From: Minisyncoccota bacterium
GTDB lineage: Bacteria; Patescibacteriota; Microgenomatia; Levybacterales; UBA12049
Reading direction: 5' to 3'
NCBI GenBank assembly: GCA_025449795.1
Contig: JANWIQ010000053.1
Span: forward strand, 1-37,457
Length of the DNA stretch: 37,457 nucleotides
The notes under the pieces are model-generated. The model saw only the letters and a list, made by a program, of their open reading frames with translations, ran no database searches and was not told the DNA's origin. Below are positions 7,519 to 16,073 of the stretch, piece after piece (the stretch's first letter is position 1; each line of letters starts with the position of its first letter). Position numbers and translations under genes: made by a program.

Positions 7519-8580
7519 ATGAGAAGTCCAGATACTATAGTGCGCAACACGGAACAACCTGAAACAGGCGTACCCCCTTTATTTACACATATTGCTAGAA
7601 TGCAGGGAATAGCAATGGAAAATGGAATTTTACCAATTATGGTTGGTGGATGCTGGGATCGGCTTCTTGGCGACAAGTCTACTATTTTGCCTGAAGACTA
7701 CGATCCTCTTACCCATGAGCTCATTTTGCGAAATCCTGCACAAGCTACTGCGATACGCAAAGAAAACGGTACGATAGTAGATTTTGATGCCTGGGCTATT
7801 CCCTATTCACATAAAGATGGAATAGTTGATTATCCCACCTATGAAGAAGGGTACAATTTTCCTCTAGAAGAAAGGTTAGCAGCAGTACAAAAAGCGATAC
7901 GTGAAAATGAACCTTCATCAGAAAGTGCAAGCGAAGTCTGGCCAAGACCATCATTCGAACGTATTTTTTATACGCCCCAGCCTCTTGGTAAACGCCTGAG
8001 AAGAAGATTTGGTAGAGGAATACACAGTTTTGTCCCAAAATTTAATGGAGATTTGGAAATTAGGCCACCACGTGAAGATGCAAGAGGTAGGTTTTTTTAT
8101 AGATTTGGTGGACTTGTAACAGAGAGTGGCGTAGAGCAGGAAATTAGGCTCGACTCATATGAGATTGTTAAGCTACAAGTTGCTACAACAAGTGCTTCTG
8201 GGGATTTAAAAGTTTCTGATGAATTTGTGTATGCACTTACTCCAAGGGCGCTTTTAGAAAGATATTTAGGTTCTCGGGGAAATGGTCAGATTAAATCCAC
8301 TGATTTGAGAAGGGTTGGTCCCCATGCCAATATGAGAAGGATTGCGCAAGAATTTGACACTGCATATGATAGCGCAACAGGGCGAGAAAGAGCAAGTATT
8401 GAACGCTTTAAGGAGTGGGATGATTATGTCAGACAGCTTGAAGAAACAAGCGTATTTAATCACCCATTGATATGGTTAAAAAGGCAAATTTATTATCTAT
8501 TTTGGCGCCTCCCTTTAGGAAAAAAAATTGCAAATAGCGAAAGATTTGCGGGTAGTGACGTTTCAGTTTCGGGTCAATAA
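7519..8580 (+). CDS. Hypothetical protein, possibly a nucleotidyltransferase fold (ANT(2'')/Lnu-like GGW..D.LLG motif)
   Basis: 353 aa. ENGILPIMVGGCWDRLLG ... GTIVDFDAWAI recalls the GGWGVDALLG...H.DIDI signature, but with a ~35-aa insertion. The true start may be the internal MQGIAMENG. Confidence 0.5.
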   Translation: MRSPDTIVRNTEQPETGVPPLFTHIARMQGIAMENGILPIMVGGCWDRLLGDKSTILPEDYDPLTHELILRNPAQATAIRKENGTIVDFDAWAIPYSHKDGIVDYPTYEEGYNFPLEERLAAVQKAIRENEPSSESASEVWPRPSFERIFYTPQPLGKRLRRRFGRGIHSFVPKFNGDLEIRPPREDARGRFFYRFGGLVTESGVEQEIRLDSYEIVKLQVATTSASGDLKVSDEFVYALTPRALLERYLGSRGNGQIKSTDLRRVGPHANMRRIAQEFDTAYDSATGRERASIERFKEWDDYVRQLEETSVFNHPLIWLKRQIYYLFWRLPLGKKIANSERFAGSDVSVSGQ

Positions 8581-8660
8581 ACTAAAAACACAAAAATAAC
8601 ATAATTAATAAGGTCCTAGAGTTTGAAAATGTATGCTAATTGTGGTAATATGCAAAAGAC

Positions 8661-10745
8661 ATGAGTGAAGTAATTAAAGTCGATCCAAGGCCCTTAAGTC
8701 ATGAAAGTTTTTTTAGTGAGAGAATTAGTTTGGGTAAGCAATTGCGTGTAGTCGCTCTGGATTTAGAGGGAATAGAGACGGGCGGAAGACATCTGGGAGA
8801 GAATGTAAGAAAAATAAGAGACATAACAACACGAGAAAAGATTCCTCTTATTGTTTCAACTGAATCAACATATCATGAAGCGAAGCAGCAATTAGGAATT
8901 ATGAACCTTCCAGTAGTCGCCTTACTTACGGAATTCGGGACAAGAATTTATTATTCAAACCAAAGTAGAGAGCTAGTTGAGGATAAAGGCTGGCAAGAGA
9001 AGTTAGAAAATAGAGAAGTAATCATTAATGGCGTATCGCATACTTGGGGTCATGGAAAGGCAAAAGGTGCCATAGTAGCTATTATAAATGATCTTCCTGA
9101 TCTGAATTTAAAACCGCCAAGTGGTGAGAATAATTTTCTTGTAAAATTTCAAGTTTCTTCAACAAGAGCTGATGAAGTCTTAAAAAAATTAAAAATTAAG
9201 ATACAAGGAGCAAAGATTACTTATGTCAAAGATCCAGACAATACAAACAGTACTACTTTTGCAATAATTCCAGATATTGCTGGAAAAATTGCAGCCTTAA
9301 CTCTAATTGAAAATGTCGTAGGCGAAAGTAAAGAAACAATAAATTTTGCATATTTTGAACATGGAACAAGTGATATTATTGCTAACGTAAATCCTCAAAT
9401 TCATCTTCAAGAGTTTTGTTCCAAATTAGAGGAGTCAGATGTCCTAAAAAGGTATAGCATAGCTCATGCGTATCCTCCCATCCAATTAGTGAAACCTCCA
9501 ATTGAGTCTTTAAGTGCATATTTGCATGAGACAACAGATGGTGACCCAAATGCGCTCCATGCAGGTCAAGAAGCAGGAAGAAGGAGTAGGTCTGAGTTTT
9601 TGTTGAGAATTGCTGAATTATTACATCTTGCTCCGGAGGGTTTGTCTGCAAACGGCTTGAGCGTGCTTGGGGCAAGGCTAGTGAGGGATGCAGCAACTGA
9701 AGGATTTATGACAAACCAATGGGGATTGCCACAGTACTACAAATATCTTAAGGGGCTTTTTATGGATGCAATGGATGGGTATAGGGCTGGCAAAAGAAAA
9801 GAAAAAAGTCCACTTGGTGGAATTACAGATTTGGCACAAGATAGGAATGAAGAGTGGTATTTTATGCTTTTAGAGGCCATCCATTTTTGGGACAGTAAAA
9901 GCTCTAGAAGAGAAGCTATGCACAGCGTTAAAGATAGGGATAATTTTATTACCGGTTTATTATCCTCTGAGGCAACTTTTTTACCAACAATTGCTGCTGC
10001 TCAGGCGAGGATGTTTGGAGGTCTTGTTAAGGAATCAAATCCTTATGGAGGCCCACTTGTGAGAAAGTATGGAGCCGGTTCTCGACCTGACAGAGTTATT
10101 AAATTATTTGGCACGACAACTATAGGGAGATCCAATGCTGCAAGAGAAATGAAAAAACTTAAAACAAATTTACTTCAAGCGTTTACCTATAGAAGCGAAA
10201 TGACACAGCTTGCTAGGAAAAATTTAGCCGATGCAACGTCTTTTAATATTGATTCTGTTGATCCATTGGATTTTAAAAATGCATCTAATTCTCAAAGAGA
10301 AAATATAGCGATTTGGATGGTGATGGTTGAATCTTTACAAAGGGCACATGAGGTGACAGTAAGAATTTTACAAGAAGCTGTGGAAGGGGGAAAAATTAAT
10401 CAGGATATCGTCAATGAATTTATTAAAGAATCACAGATACAAAATGGACAATATCTTATCGTTGATATAAAAGTATTGCAGGAAAAATGGCATGATGCTT
10501 TTTATGATCCAAAAGAGCCAGGAAATGAAACATTTGATTTTAGGAGATATGCCCATTTGCTTCCGGAGAGTTTACTTGAATTACCAACAGAACCAGGAAA
10601 AATGTTTAATCCTTTCTTTGGAATACTTCCGCCTATAAGATCTGTAAGAGAACAAACCCGTATTATTTCAAGTGATGTTGCAATTACCGATGGAAAGCGT
10701 TATGTTTCTTCGACTAGACGCGGCCGGAGAAGTCCTGCTTTCTAG
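8661..10745 (+). CDS. Large two-part protein: N-terminal HAD-IIB/sucrose-phosphatase-like domain plus a region carrying a CDP-alcohol phosphotransferase signature
   Basis: 694 aa. HAD-like motifs VVALDLEGI (motif I with the second Asp replaced by Glu), PLIVST, AGKIAAL and a degenerate EHGTSD. At aa 372-394, DGYRAGKRKEKSPLGGITDLAQD equals D-G-x2-A-[G]-x8-G-x3-D-x3-D. No obvious TM helices. Confidence 0.65.
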   Translation: MSEVIKVDPRPLSHESFFSERISLGKQLRVVALDLEGIETGGRHLGENVRKIRDITTREKIPLIVSTESTYHEAKQQLGIMNLPVVALLTEFGTRIYYSNQSRELVEDKGWQEKLENREVIINGVSHTWGHGKAKGAIVAIINDLPDLNLKPPSGENNFLVKFQVSSTRADEVLKKLKIKIQGAKITYVKDPDNTNSTTFAIIPDIAGKIAALTLIENVVGESKETINFAYFEHGTSDIIANVNPQIHLQEFCSKLEESDVLKRYSIAHAYPPIQLVKPPIESLSAYLHETTDGDPNALHAGQEAGRRSRSEFLLRIAELLHLAPEGLSANGLSVLGARLVRDAATEGFMTNQWGLPQYYKYLKGLFMDAMDGYRAGKRKEKSPLGGITDLAQDRNEEWYFMLLEAIHFWDSKSSRREAMHSVKDRDNFITGLLSSEATFLPTIAAAQARMFGGLVKESNPYGGPLVRKYGAGSRPDRVIKLFGTTTIGRSNAAREMKKLKTNLLQAFTYRSEMTQLARKNLADATSFNIDSVDPLDFKNASNSQRENIAIWMVMVESLQRAHEVTVRILQEAVEGGKINQDIVNEFIKESQIQNGQYLIVDIKVLQEKWHDAFYDPKEPGNETFDFRRYAHLLPESLLELPTEPGKMFNPFFGILPPIRSVREQTRIISSDVAITDGKRYVSSTRRGRRSPAF

Positions 10746-10752
10746 ATAGCTA

Positions 10753-12291
10753 CTATATCTCCATTGGGTGCTCCATCTCAATATCCTTTGCAGTTGCAAA
10801 ATCCCTTTTGCTTTCTTTGACAAAAAGTGCTGCCAATCCCCCAATAATCATAAAGAAAATTGCCCAGTGGAAGACGGTTGCATAGGCATTGATATTTGCT
10901 TTTGTCGCCATGAGCGCAAAAATTTCTCCAAGCAGTTGTGGAGATGTCGTATGAATGGTTGAGTATTTTTGAATTTGCAAGAGGTTTGCGGTAACGCTAT
11001 TTGACAACACTGTTGCAAAAATTGCCGTCCCAAATGCGCCCGCAATATTTCTCGCAAGCGCAAGGACCGAGGACGCAATGCCTACCTCGTGAAGAGGGAC
11101 AGTATTGGTGGCAGCCTGGGTAAGAGGTGCCAGGCCAATACCAAGCCCAAATGCCATAATAAAAAGCCGCCAGATAATATCCCACTCAGTCCAACGAATA
11201 TCTATGCCAGAGAAAAGATAAAAGGCAAATGCTGCAGTAAGCATGCCTGCTGCCGTAAGAAAACGTGGCGGCATTTTGGTGGATAGCCGTGCTCCAATTT
11301 GTGCTGCTATGGCAATAGCAAATGCCATAGGAATAAAGAGAAGCCCTGTTTTGGTAACAGAATACCCCAAATATGTCTGGGCAAAAAGAGGAATAAGAAA
11401 AATTCCCCCAATCATGCCCATGAAAGACAAAAAAGAAGTAATAATAGAGGCAGTAAAGGTAGCATTTTTGAAAAATTTCAAATCCACAACCGGTTCTTTC
11501 TGTCTTTGTTCTACCAAAATAAATAAGACAAATGTTGCGATAGAGACAATATAAGACAGGATACTTTTTCCATCTATCCAGCCCCAGCTTTGTCCCTGAT
11601 CGAGGACAAGCACCATACTTCCAAGGGCAATACCCAAGAGTACAGAGCCAAGGACATCGAAATTCTTCAGGCCTCTAATTTTTTTCACTGGCTCCTCGAT
11701 ATATTTAAAAGCCAAAAACGTCCCAATAGCCCCAAGTGGTACATTCACATAAAATACCGAGCGCCATCCAAAGGTATCAATAAGTGGGCCTCCTAAGAGT
11801 GGACCAAATACCGCGGCTGCAGCAAAGACTGCAGACCATATGCCCATTGCCTGTGCTCTTTTGCCTTTGTCCTCAAAGGTAAAGGCAATGATAGAGAGTG
11901 CAATCGGATAATCGATGGAGACAATAATTGCCTGCAGGACACGAAATACCAAAAGAGAAGATAAATTAAAAGAAAAGCCGGCAAGTACAGAGGCAATGGT
12001 AAAGCCGACAATCCCCCAAATATAGAGAATTTTTCTTCCCATCATATCTCCCAATTTGCCAAATACCGGGACAAAAATTGCATTTGCAATAATGTAGGCA
12101 GTGGAAATCCAGCTTGCTTGAGTAACGGTAATACCAAAGTCGATAATAATTTTAGGAAGTGCCAAATTTACAATGGTCCCATCCAGTCTTCCGAGAAAAG
12201 ACCCTAGCATAAGGGTTGCAAGGATAATCCATTCGTGGGACTGAAAGCCTTTTTGAGAAGTGGAAGTAGGAGAAGTAGTTGTTTTCTTCAT
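10753..12291 (-). CDS. MFS transporter, DHA2 (EmrB/QacA-type, 14-TMS) drug:H+ antiporter
   Basis: 512 aa. LDGTIVNLALPKI, GKLGDMMGRK and WRSVFYVNVPLG are DHA2 hallmarks. About 14 hydrophobic segments. Confidence 0.9.
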   Translation of the reverse strand: MKKTTTSPTSTSQKGFQSHEWIILATLMLGSFLGRLDGTIVNLALPKIIIDFGITVTQASWISTAYIIANAIFVPVFGKLGDMMGRKILYIWGIVGFTIASVLAGFSFNLSSLLVFRVLQAIIVSIDYPIALSIIAFTFEDKGKRAQAMGIWSAVFAAAAVFGPLLGGPLIDTFGWRSVFYVNVPLGAIGTFLAFKYIEEPVKKIRGLKNFDVLGSVLLGIALGSMVLVLDQGQSWGWIDGKSILSYIVSIATFVLFILVEQRQKEPVVDLKFFKNATFTASIITSFLSFMGMIGGIFLIPLFAQTYLGYSVTKTGLLFIPMAFAIAIAAQIGARLSTKMPPRFLTAAGMLTAAFAFYLFSGIDIRWTEWDIIWRLFIMAFGLGIGLAPLTQAATNTVPLHEVGIASSVLALARNIAGAFGTAIFATVLSNSVTANLLQIQKYSTIHTTSPQLLGEIFALMATKANINAYATVFHWAIFFMIIGGLAALFVKESKRDFATAKDIEMEHPMEI

Positions 12292-12300
12292 ATAATTCCT

Positions 12301-12394
12301 GGGTCCTGCCGCTCGTAAAACTCGCAGTGCTTACTCCCTGCGCTATACAGCTTGTGGTCGTTGCGCCCCTGTTAGCATTTTACTCGCGTCACCC
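12301..12394 (-). repeat. Divergent (94-nt) member of the structured element family found at 19333 and 21642
   Basis: It shares both termini with the other copies: GGGTCCTGCC at the gene-proximal end and ACTCGCG..CACCC at the distal end. It has its own internal hairpin (CGCAG-GGAGUAAGCA-CUGCG in gene sense). It ends 9 nt upstream of the MFS ATG. Confidence 0.5.
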
Positions 12395-12445
12395 ATCAAT
12401 CTATTAACCCGTTATTCCTAAATCTTAAATCATAATTCCTACTTC

Positions 12446-13084
12446 TTATTTGGTATTGGTGAAGATGGTCATCTTGGCAGACATGCCTTGTTTTATTTGC
12501 GGATACGTACTGCTGTTAAAGGTTGCGTAGACAACAAATTGTTGAGTAGGACGCTCCGAAGAGATGGAAAATGTCGCTTGGGTTGTTTTGGCAGCAGGGC
12601 TAATTTCATCCACATACCCCCAAAATGTTTGTCCAGGGAGTGCATCCACGGTAAAAGAAACTACTTGGCCAAGAGCTATATCACTGAGCCCTTTATTTTC
12701 ATCGATGGTGCCGGCAATTCTCGTATTTGCAGGATTAATAAGTTGGGCAACTGGATTTTGGCTACTCACAGTACTTCCTATTTGGTTATTTGCCATCACC
12801 ACAGTGCCACTCACCGGTGCAGGAATTGTCTGTCCGTCAACAATTGCGACCGTATCTCCTTTTTTGACAACTTCCCCTTCATAGACATCAAGCTCTTGTA
12901 AAGTGCCAGGATTGGTCGGAGAAAGGGAGCTTACCGGACTTTGCACCAGAGAATCGTCGATAAAGACTCTGCCCATGTCCAACTCTATAAAGATAATTCC
13001 TCCTACTGCAAGAATAAGGATAAGTAATCCAATAAGTACTCGTACTATTTTTGGATTTTTTATGTGTGAGAATAATTTTTTCAT
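12446..13084 (-). CDS. HlyD-family membrane fusion protein (short form)
   Basis: 212 aa. N-terminal TM (VRVLIGLLILILAVGGIIFI) and a lipoyl-like hairpin (VVKKGDTVAIVDG). Overlaps the upstream MFP gene by 4 nt. Confidence 0.75.
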   Translation of the reverse strand: MKKLFSHIKNPKIVRVLIGLLILILAVGGIIFIELDMGRVFIDDSLVQSPVSSLSPTNPGTLQELDVYEGEVVKKGDTVAIVDGQTIPAPVSGTVVMANNQIGSTVSSQNPVAQLINPANTRIAGTIDENKGLSDIALGQVVSFTVDALPGQTFWGYVDEISPAAKTTQATFSISSERPTQQFVVYATFNSSTYPQIKQGMSAKMTIFTNTK

Positions 13085-14181
13085 AGTGCGTTATATTTGT
13101 CTGCGGCAACGATTTGCGGATTGGTAATAATGGCATCTTGGGAAGTTAGGCCGCTGACTATTTCGGTAAGGGCATCATGCGTTTTTCCAAGCACTACATT
13201 TTTTAGCACTGCTTTATTATTTTCCAAAACCCATACTGCAGTATGGCCTACGATTGTCCACGTTGGGACAAGAATGGTTGCTTGTTTTGCATTGCTTTCG
13301 ATCGCCACAACGCCTGTCTGTCCTAATTTTGCAATGTTGTTTATGGGTTGGGCTGTGACATCCACCACATAGACATCTTCCCCATCCGGGAGTGTTACTT
13401 TTTGTGGATAAATTTTACTTACGATACCGGTGAGTTTGGTTGTTGACCCAGTGAGTTGTACGTGGGCCTGTGCTCCAACACTTACAAAATCAATATCTTC
13501 TGCAGAAATATTTGCCTTCATGAGAAGCTGCGTTGGGTCCGCGAGAAAAAATGCTGTTGCCGGAGTAACATTTTGGTTGGGGGTGGTGATATCCTCACTC
13601 ACCAATACACCACTAAAAGGAGCAGAAAGTGTGGCAAGCTGGAGGGCATAATTTGCCAATTGTACATTAATTACCGAGTTATTGAGGGTGGATTGGTTTT
13701 GGTCCAGAATTCGTTTTACTGCATCGTTAATCGCATTATTTTGGGAGTCTCCACCAAGAGAAGACTGGTTGTATATATTGAGAGTATTTTTTTGGCCCAG
13801 TTGGAGGACGCCGGTTTGGGCATTTGCCTGTCCCTGGTCGAATGCATCCCGTGTGGATTGGTAGTTGTTGAGCGCTTGGGTGAGCTGCTGTTGTAATATG
13901 TAGGTATCGAGTTGTGCAATGGTTGCGCCTTGTGCTACCGCGTCTCCTTCCTTAAAAGGAAGATAGGTCACTTTTCCGCCTGTTTGGAAGTGCAATGTTG
14001 CTTCTTGGGATGAGTGAATTGTTCCACTTCCAACAATTGTCTCGCCAACTTGTTTGACAGCGATGGTTGTGGTGGCGTGTTGCAGGGAGGTTTTGGTAAG
14101 TTTGTCCAGAAGCACGTGAGTAGCAGACAGTGCAATGATGACAACTAGCATAAGGCCAGCGATGTAGGTCTTATTTTTCAT
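13081..14181 (-). CDS. Efflux-transporter periplasmic adaptor (HlyD/MFP family)
   Basis: 366 aa. N-terminal TM, KEGDAVAQGATIAQLD lipoyl motif, coiled-coil Q-rich middle and a beta-barrel C-terminus. Confidence 0.8.
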   Translation of the reverse strand: MKNKTYIAGLMLVVIIALSATHVLLDKLTKTSLQHATTTIAVKQVGETIVGSGTIHSSQEATLHFQTGGKVTYLPFKEGDAVAQGATIAQLDTYILQQQLTQALNNYQSTRDAFDQGQANAQTGVLQLGQKNTLNIYNQSSLGGDSQNNAINDAVKRILDQNQSTLNNSVINVQLANYALQLATLSAPFSGVLVSEDITTPNQNVTPATAFFLADPTQLLMKANISAEDIDFVSVGAQAHVQLTGSTTKLTGIVSKIYPQKVTLPDGEDVYVVDVTAQPINNIAKLGQTGVVAIESNAKQATILVPTWTIVGHTAVWVLENNKAVLKNVVLGKTHDALTEIVSGLTSQDAIITNPQIVAADKYNAL

Positions 14182-14608
14182 ATACTCTTTCTATTGTAGC
14201 AATCATTTTTTGTAAAATCCGCAGTAAATCACTTTTGTCCTCGGTAGACAAATGGGATAGAAAAACTTGCATTTTTTTGGTTCTTTCTTTTATCGCGTCT
14301 TTAAAAAGCTTTTCTCCTGATGTGGTAAGGTTGATGCGTACCAATCTTCTATCTTTTGGATCTGTTTTTCGGGCAACGAGCTTTGCATTTACCAGCGTCT
14401 TGATACTGCTTGTTGCAGAAGGTAATTCTATCTTAAATTTCGCAGCAATATCACTCATCTGGCACGTAGGAGTTTTGGCAATAAAAACAAGCGTTTGTAG
14501 TTGGAGAAAAGTCAAATTGCCAACTTTGGAATGGATGGCCATTTGGTCTTTCATAAGCCGGGAAAGAGTAAACATCTCCTCAATTAGTTTGGTTGTTTGG
14601 GTATCCAT
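14171..14608 (-). CDS. MarR-family transcriptional regulator
   Basis: 145 aa. LTFLQLQTLVFI....CQMSDIAAKFKIELPSATSSIKTLVNAKLVARKTDPKDRRLVRINLT is the canonical MarR wHTH. Confidence 0.9.
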   Translation of the reverse strand: MDTQTTKLIEEMFTLSRLMKDQMAIHSKVGNLTFLQLQTLVFIAKTPTCQMSDIAAKFKIELPSATSSIKTLVNAKLVARKTDPKDRRLVRINLTTSGEKLFKDAIKERTKKMQVFLSHLSTEDKSDLLRILQKMIATIERVYEK

Positions 14609-14636
14609 AGATACTTAGATACTCTAATATTTTGAT

Positions 14637-14665
14637 AGTATAACTAAATACAGATAGATTGTCAA
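14637..14665 (-). promoter_or_regulatory. Promoter of the marR-MFP-MFP-MFS operon
   Basis: On the minus strand: TTGACA (14660-14665), 17-nt spacer, TATACT (14637-14642). The leader contains the direct repeat AGTATCT-A-AGTATCT just before the ATG. Confidence 0.55.
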
Positions 14666-14678
14666 CTGTCTTCCCTGC

Positions 14679-14707
14679 TTGCTATCGAAAATAACATTCT
14701 TTATACT
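14679..14707 (+). promoter_or_regulatory. Promoter of the PfkB kinase gene (back-to-back with the marR promoter)
   Basis: TTGCTA (14679-14684), 17-nt spacer, TATACT (14702-14707), 9 nt before the ATG at 14717. Confidence 0.5.
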
Positions 14708-14716
14708 TTTGTACGT

Positions 14717-15547
14717 ATGCCACAGATTACGTATAGCGTGTTGGGTGATTGCTGCGTAGACAATTTTGTCGATGAAGGAAAAAGATTTCTTGGCGGTACG
14801 GCATTTAATGTGGCCTACCATGCAAAGCAAGCAGGAGCCCAGTCTACCCTTCTTTCTGCAGTTGGTACAGATGCGTTGGGAAAGAAGTATATAGCGGCAT
14901 GTCACACGTGCCATATTGCGACAAAATTTTTGACAGAAGAAAAAGGGAATACAAGCACCGTTGACATTATCCGCACGAGTAGCACGGATTCGCATTTTGC
15001 CAATTGGGATATTGGCGTATTGCAAGAAAGAATGCTGCGTGAAGAAGAAAAAGATTTTCTCAAAACCCAAGACATCGCACGAGCTGTACTATTTAAGCCG
15101 GTAACTGCTCTGTTTGAAAGTTTTGTCCAGCTTGTTTTGCCACATACAGTAAAAGTGGGAGATTTTTTAGGATCTTCAACGTATAGTTTTCGGACAGATC
15201 CTATTGAAAAGTTTGCTCCCAACTTGGACATTGTTATGAAAAGTGTTGAAGAGAAAGAAACCGAGTCGTTAAATTTTTTGCATTACATTGCCCAAACCTA
15301 CGATACAGTAGTAGTTGCATTGCGTGGGGAAAAAGGGAGCATCGTGTTTACTTCCGACAATACGTATCAGCAAGATGCCTTTCCAACAACCGTCGTGAAT
15401 ACTACAGGTGCTGGAGATGCGTATCAAGCGTATTTTTGTTATTGGTATAAAAAATCGGGAGATATTCCAAAAGCAATGCTGGAGGCAACAAAAGCAGCGA
15501 CTGGTACTATCCAACATCTTGGCGCATCGTACCAAAAAGAAGTCTAG
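14717..15547 (+). CDS. PfkB-family carbohydrate kinase (ribokinase/fructokinase-like)
   Basis: 276 aa. N-terminal G.CCVD....GG.AFNVAYHAKQAGA and C-terminal NTTGAGDAYQAYF (GAGD anion-hole motif). Confidence 0.85.
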   Translation: MPQITYSVLGDCCVDNFVDEGKRFLGGTAFNVAYHAKQAGAQSTLLSAVGTDALGKKYIAACHTCHIATKFLTEEKGNTSTVDIIRTSSTDSHFANWDIGVLQERMLREEEKDFLKTQDIARAVLFKPVTALFESFVQLVLPHTVKVGDFLGSSTYSFRTDPIEKFAPNLDIVMKSVEEKETESLNFLHYIAQTYDTVVVALRGEKGSIVFTSDNTYQQDAFPTTVVNTTGAGDAYQAYFCYWYKKSGDIPKAMLEATKAATGTIQHLGASYQKEV

Positions 15548-15560
15548 CCTTTGGTATAAT

Positions 15561-16061
15561 ATGCCAATGCTCTATATACTTTTTGGGTTGCCTGGGGCGG
15601 GCAAAACATTCACCGGAAACATATTCCAGAAAAATTTTGGATTTTATTTTTATGATGGTGATGCGTTACTTCCTGGGGATATGCGCGAGGCAATTCACAC
15701 GCAAAAAAAAGTAACAGATGCAATGCGGGATAGATTTTTTGCAAGCATATTGAGAAAGATAGAAGAATTAAAAAGTGCACACACACATCTTGTTATTGCC
15801 CAGACGTACATCAAAGAGAAATACCGGCAACAAGTATTGAAGAAATTCCCTGATGCACAATTTGTCCTTATTGAAAATAATGACCCTATCCGCAGTGAGC
15901 GTCTCCTGCACCAAAATACCTATCCCCTCACCCTGGCCTACGTAAGAAAAATGGTTGCAAATTTCGATGCGCCAAATATCCCCCATCGGACAATAACAAA
16001 TAATTCTGACGGGGAAGAAGAATTGTTAGCCCAGGTACGTGATTTTCTCCAGATGAAATAA
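15561..16061 (+). CDS. P-loop kinase, gluconokinase (GntK/IdnK)-like
   Basis: Start trimmed to MPMLYILFGLPGAGKTF. The pattern FYDGDALLPGDMREAIHTQKKVTDAMRDRF parallels the gluconokinase DGDxxHPxxNxxKMxxGxPLxDxDRxPW block. Confidence 0.7.
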   Translation: MPMLYILFGLPGAGKTFTGNIFQKNFGFYFYDGDALLPGDMREAIHTQKKVTDAMRDRFFASILRKIEELKSAHTHLVIAQTYIKEKYRQQVLKKFPDAQFVLIENNDPIRSERLLHQNTYPLTLAYVRKMVANFDAPNIPHRTITNNSDGEEELLAQVRDFLQMK

Positions 16062-16073
16062 AAGACTGTATAT

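Noticed and set aside
10768-14618. Numerous 60-146-aa ORFs antisense to, or out of frame within, the MFS, MFP and MarR genes. Similar shadows lie inside other genes, for example 963-1220, 1995-2270, 4001-4517, 20373-21838 and 33230-33728.
   Set aside because: They overlap long ORFs with clear family signatures, and their low-complexity or Cys/Arg-rich composition is typical of shadow frames.
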